64,000 nt of DNA from Phyllobates terribilis. Its lineage: Eukaryota. Position 1 is the first letter of the stretch, and each line of letters starts with the position of its first letter. The notes under the pieces were generated by a model, which saw only the letters and a list, made by a program, of their open reading frames with translations, was not told where the DNA came from and ran no database searches. Of this stretch, positions 58,561 through 64,000 are shown one piece after another. A program made the translations under genes and the position numbers. The DNA is taken from contig NW_027362773.1 in the NCBI RefSeq assembly GCF_046119375.1, positions 212,040,001-212,104,000 of the forward strand, given 5' to 3'.

Positions 58561-59924
58561 AAAAATAAATAAATACAATACTCACCTCTCCTCCTCGTTC
58601 CCCGCGCTGCTCCGAGCGCCCGCACATCTCAGAACAGTAGGCGCCAAATCATGACTTCATCGCGCCCGGTCAGTGTCTGCGTCTGATGGGAGACAGAGCG
58701 TCGCACTCCCTCTCTCATCATTGAACTTGCCCCAGAGTGTAACTGTATCAGCATACTGCGCACGCCCATACAGCTGCACTAGTGTAGCTCCGGTTGGGCC
58801 CCTGAGAGCGCGGTGCCCGGGGTCACAGCCCCCTCTGCCCCCCAGTAGCAATTCTACTAGTCCTCAGTGCACCCTTGGTGTGGCCAAGAGCTCAGTGCAT
58901 CGGTTTGCCCACTCAATTACAATCCTACGGACTGCCTCTTATGTTGATTGACAGAAAGGACTGCCTGATTTAAATCTCGAGCCCTACACACACTGACACT
59001 GCAGGAGCTGAAAGCACACAGTGTCAGTGCAGGCTACTCTCATCTCTCTCTCCTGTCTGCAGCAGCTACTCAGTGAGTGTGCGTTCTCATGTCCCTCTCC
59101 TGTCAGCAAAGGACATCCACTACTGTGTGCTCATGTGTGCAAATAAGAGAGGTGGATCAGAGAACGCCTGCAGTGACACTGTATGTGCTCCCTGCTCCTG
59201 CATTGTCAGTGCGTGAATCGCTGGTTATTTAATTCAGGCAGCGATCCGAAGCGGGAGCCGTCAATCAACATAAGGAAGTTGTGTAAGATTGTAAATGAGG
59301 GGGCAGAACCGAGCACTGAGCCCTTGGCCACACCAAGGGTGCCCTGGGGCAATAAAGCAAAATTTGTGAAATCTCTACTATAGGTATGATTTTTAGAAGG
59401 GATAGGTCCTCTATATTGAATTTTGGGGGAGACAAACTCTCGTGTCCCAACGTAGCAAATTATAACTTGTCCTTGCTGATAGCTGGGACCCTCACTGATC
59501 TTGAGAACGGGGATCTGAAGTGCCCCGTTTGAATGGAGCGATGACTGTGCACCCTACCACTCCATTCATTGTCTATGGGACAACTGGAAATGCAGTAGCA
59601 AAGTACAGCACTCGGCTATCTCCAGCAGTCCTATAGATAATTTATGGTGTGCTCATCGCTCAATGCAAAGATGGTGCTTCAGAACCAAGATCTCTGGATC
59701 GTTGGGACCTCAGGGGATCCACAAGTTATCGCCTATCCCCAAGTCTTCCAGTGCTGCCAGTGGAACACCGGACTGGAGGAACTGGAACACTGGGTGACTG
59801 CATTGGGTCAGTCACATTATCTGTCTATATCTCATTCAATTACTGTATCCACACATCCAAAATTAACAATAATGTCCATTTATCTAAGTAGTTCTCACAT
59901 CCTAATATCAGCCCAGCACTACAG

Positions 59925-60508
59925 GACCATGATGGACCAGGCGCTCTGCCAACGACGTGGTACCCGCTATCGGCAGTCCAGTGCTCGGCACGTCTTGCAA
60001 AAGACAATGTTGCGCAAGGGGTTAATTTTTTAGCTAAGACAAAAAGGAGAAGGATCAACCTGTTAACTTGGAAGGACACAGCCAGAGAGCTGCCAGACAG
60101 GTTTAGGCAGAGAAGCAAGGAGGAATACTCTTTACTGATCACAGCTCCTGACTGATAAGCTGCAGTGCGCTCCTGTGTGACCTGGGGGGACACAAAGAAC
60201 TGACCCTGTCCATATAGAGAGGGCAGTGCGGGTCTAACACAGTGCTACTGTGCCCATGCCAAAATAGCCGAACCGATCAGGACTCTTCGTGAGAAGCTGA
60301 AGGGGCTGCTGTTCTTGGATTTCAAGGAAAACATAAAGAGTCTTATTGATTCCTATAAGCTTTACTCTCACCTAGAGAGGCTGACAAGCGGCAGGCGGTC
60401 CGAGACGCAGCAGCGTTATGCGCTCCCTCTCTGAGGACATCTTTACTGCTCCGCGGCTGGCAAGTCGATGGCGACACGGTGGTTTTGTTCCCGGAGCGAG
60501 AAAGAGAG
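59925..60508 (+). pseudogene. Unassigned coding-like segment, possibly a decayed exon
   Basis: CTACAG acceptor-like site at 59924, GAG|GTAAGA donor at 60508, three successive long open frames with ordinary protein-like composition; no family recognised. Confidence 0.25.
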
Positions 60509-61525
60509 GTAAGAAAAAAGTAAATTAAATGTAACATTTTGGCCAAAACTTGAAGAACAATGCAAAAAGCATCAGATCCATTTAAAGGTTGCAAAAAATG
60601 TACTGATCTAATTTATTATGTATTGCTTCTAAGGGTATGTGCACACACAGTTTTTTTATCATAAGCGGGTTATATTAAAAAAAAATGCTTAAAAAACTCT
60701 TCCTATACAATCTTATTGTAAAAACTGGTCATATTTGGACATTTTTTTTAAGCTGTCATTTTTGAAAAACACCCAGTGGAAAAAGAAAAGAAAGTGCATG
60801 TCCCATCTTTGAAGCGGATTCAAAAAGCTTCAGAAAAAAAAAAGTATTAAAAACTCGCTGGGAAAAAAACACCTCCAAAAAAATCCCTTTAAATAATTAT
60901 TTATTTATAGTCCTCATTGACTTAATTTGTCAACTAGTTACATCAATATTGTAAAAGTTTAATAAACAGAGGAAGTGAGTCCGGGTTCAGACGTCCATAT
61001 GAAATATCATGACTGGCTCCGTGCACTCATCACAGGGTAGACAAGGGCAGGAGCCACCTACTATCACGAGCGCTATTAAAGTGTACCGCAATAGTGCACG
61101 CTGCGAATTGGCACATTGGTAACAGTCCGGTCCGCTGACTCACATGGACGGCACACGGACTGAAAACACGCTCGTCTGAACGAGCCCTAATAAAAATCCC
61201 AAAAATAAAAGCATCTGCAGATTTTTGTATTTTGAAGATTAAAGTTCTTATAAACAAGGCTGGCTATACATGGCCCAGTAGCTGCTCTGATGCAGGGAGC
61301 GGACCAGAACCAGAGTACAAGGATGGATATAGAGAATATCTGTCATATTACAGTACATTATATTAAGGGCATTGATGTTTTAATTGGAGGGCTCAATGAT
61401 TCCCTACTCCATATGCATCGGTCTATATTCACTGATGATTACCATTTTGCAATTAATATACAACATGTAGATATAATTTACATAAAAGTTAATTTGTAGA
61501 TACATTACATTATTTACATTGTACT

Positions 61526-62590
61526 TGAGTTACATCTTGCATTATACTCCAGAGCTGCACTCATTATTCTGCTGGTGCAGTCACTGTGTACATACATTAC
61601 ATTACTGATCCTGAGTTACATCCTGTATTATTTATACTCCAGAGCTGCACTCACTATTCTGCTGGTGCAGTCACTGTGTACATACATTACATTACTGATC
61701 CTGTACTGATCCTAAATTAGATCCTGTATTATACTCCAGAGCTGCACTCACTATTCTGCTGGTGCAGTCACTCTGTACATACATTACATTACTGATCCTG
61801 TACTGATCCTGAGTTACATCCTGTATTATACCCCAGAGCTGCACTCACTATTCTCCTGGTGCAGTCACTGTGTACATACATTACATTACTGATCCTGTAC
61901 TGATCCTGAGTTACATCCTGTATTATATTCCAGAGCTGCACTCACTATTCTCCTGGTGCAGTCACTGTGTACATACATTACATTACTGATCCTGAGTTAC
62001 ATCATGTATTATACCCCAGAGCTGCTCTCACTATTCTGCTGGTGCAGTCACTGTGTACATACATTACATTACTTATCCTGTACTGATCCTGAGTTACATC
62101 CTGTATTATACTCCAGAGCTGCACTCACTATTCTGCTGGTGCAGTCACTGTGTACATACATTACATTACTGATCCTGTACTGATCCTGAGTTACCTCCTG
62201 TGTTATACTCCAGAGCTGCACTCACTATTCTGCTGGTGCAGTCACTGTGTACATACATTACATTACTGATCCTGAGTTACATCCTGTATTATATTCCAGA
62301 GCTGCACTCACTATTCTCCTGGTGCAGTCACTGTGTACATACATTACATTACTGATCCTGAGTTACATCCTGTATTATTTATACTCCAGAGCTGCACTCA
62401 CTATTCTGCTGGTACAGTCACTGTGTACATACATAACATTACTGATCCTGTACTGATCCTTAGTTACATCCTGTATTATACTCCAGAGCTGCACTCACTA
62501 TTCTGCTGGTGCAGTCACTGTGTACATACATAACATTACTGATCCTGTACTGATCCTTAGTTACATCCTGTATTTTACTTCAGAGCGGCT
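61526..62590 (+). repeat. 86-97 bp satellite array, about 12 copies, left arm of a large inversion
   Basis: Same unit as 33863-34349; many units carry an extra TACTGATCCTG. Confidence 0.95.
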
Positions 62591-62606
62591 CTGACTAATA
62601 TATCTA

Positions 62607-63333
62607 CACAGTGACTCCACCAGAAGAATAGTTAATGTAGCTCTGGAGTATAATACAGGATGTAACTCAGGATCAGTAATGTAATGTATGTACACAGTGA
62701 CTGCACCAGCAGAATAGTGAGTGCAGCTCTGGAGTATAATACAGGATGTAACTCAGGATCAGTACAGGATAAGTAATGTAATGTATGTACACAGTGACTC
62801 CACCAGCAGAATAGTGAGTGCAGCTCTGGAGTATAATACAGGATGTAACTCAGGATCAGTACAGGATCAGTAATGTATGTACACAGTGACTGCACCAGCA
62901 GAATACTGAGTGCAGCTCTGGAGTATAATACAGGATGTAACTCAGAATCAGTACAGGATCAGTAATGTAATGTATGAACACAGTGACTGCACCAGCAGAA
63001 TAGTGAGTGCAGCTCTGGAGTATAATACAGGATGTAACTCAGAATCAGTACAGGATCAGTAATGTAATGTATGTACACAGTGACTGCACCAGCAGAATAG
63101 TAAGTGCAGCTCTGGAGTATAATACAGGATGTAACTCAGGATCAGTACAGGATCAGTAATGTATGTACACAGTGACTGCACCAGCAGAATACTGAGTGCA
63201 GCTCTGGAGTATAATACAGGATGTAACTCAGAATCAGTACAGGATCAGTAATGTAATGTATGTACACAGTGACTGCACCAGCAGAATAGTGAGTGCAGCT
63301 CTGGAGTATAATACAGGATGCAACTCAGGATCA
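62607..63333 (-). repeat. Same satellite, about 8 copies, inverted, right arm
   Basis: GCTCTGGAGTATAATACAGGATGTAACTCAGGATCAGTA is the reverse complement of the left-arm unit. Confidence 0.95.
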
Positions 63334-64000
63334 TATAATTGGATCATTAGTATTTTCAGGAGTCTCCCCATTAGAAAAAGTTTGTTAGTCACTGACTCAA
63401 GGTCAAATACAGAACGAACTGTAATAACAAGACCAGTGATATACTCTGATTTCAGGATGTACAGTACCAGGAAACTGGACCAACAGGTTGTTATTCCTGG
63501 AAGAGCTGCAATTAATTACCTGCTATTAGCTAAGTATACAACACCCCATAATATGAGAACGAGACTGACCCACTGCTGGAGACTGCACCTGTATAATGTC
63601 CTGTATCCCCTGACATATGTCTGCTTGTGAAATGTTCAGACCAGTAGATGAGATCTGTACAGGGCTATAGCTTGTGACTAAAGGGGTTATCCACCTAAAT
63701 CATTTTTGCAACTGGGTTCAATTAAAATTTTTGCATTATTTGGCATTTAAAGGTTCTTTGTTTCCCTGCACATTCCACCTTTGATCTGGTCTGTGGTCAT
63801 AAATCAGCTGAGAGGAGCTCAGAAATAGACAGATAAAAGAGCTATAAACTCTCCAAACAAAATGAGCTCACTGATCGATTCTCATTTAACTCATTCTGCA
63901 GCCAGCAATGCAACTCAGAGACTATAAAAAGCAAACAGTGCAAAATTTTTAATGAAACCTAATTGCAAAAATGACTTTTACCCTCAAATATAAGCATTTA

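Larger units (their letters stand above)
55517..58859. mobile_element. Composite non-autonomous hAT-like element carrying a 31-bp minisatellite and two nested insertions
   Basis: 8-bp TSD with one mismatch: GTCCCCAG (55509-55516) / GTCCTCAG (58860-58867); degenerate termini CAGAGGCATAGCTAG and GTAGCAATTCTACTA. Confidence 0.55.

Noticed and set aside
58017-58627. Three overlapping hydrophobic ORFs
   Set aside because: Frames of the 31-bp minisatellite.
42521-64000. NFAT5, expected next by human synteny
   Set aside because: No sequence resembling its first coding exon or Rel domain was found; probably beyond the window.

Overview
Vertebrate genomic DNA, inferred to be an anuran amphibian from its repeat landscape (TTAA-target T2/Kolobok-type MITEs, Harbinger and hAT MITEs, Tc1, CR1) and the frog-like short TRF2 N-terminus. 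Five intact spliced genes were reconstructed by hand with GT-AG junctions and consistent phases, in the same order as human 16q22.1: COG8 (-, 591 aa), NIP7 (+, 180 aa), TMED6 (-, 236 aa), TERF2 (-, 489 aa) and CYB5B (+, 141 aa). COG8/NIP7 and TERF2/CYB5B are head-to-head pairs. From about 45 kb onward the window is a nested transposon graveyard with datable target-site duplications; no NFAT5 exon was recognised. Best leads: (1) a 12-copy co-oriented array of CTCF core motifs in a 55-56 bp minisatellite in the TERF2 intron, where the motif is kept while the spacer decays; (2) a probable upstream TERF2 exon, in frame, whose ATG lies 35 nt from the CYB5B ATG; (3) a COG8 intron 1 that is an uninterrupted in-frame ORF built on a 26-bp VNTR; (4) a 1.8-kb fold-back of inverted 86-bp satellite arrays; (5) a Tc1/mariner fold-back whose 444-bp arms carry the transposase C-terminus; (6) a decayed hammerhead-like motif. 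No database search or motif scoring was run; family and motif calls are from recalled consensus sequences.
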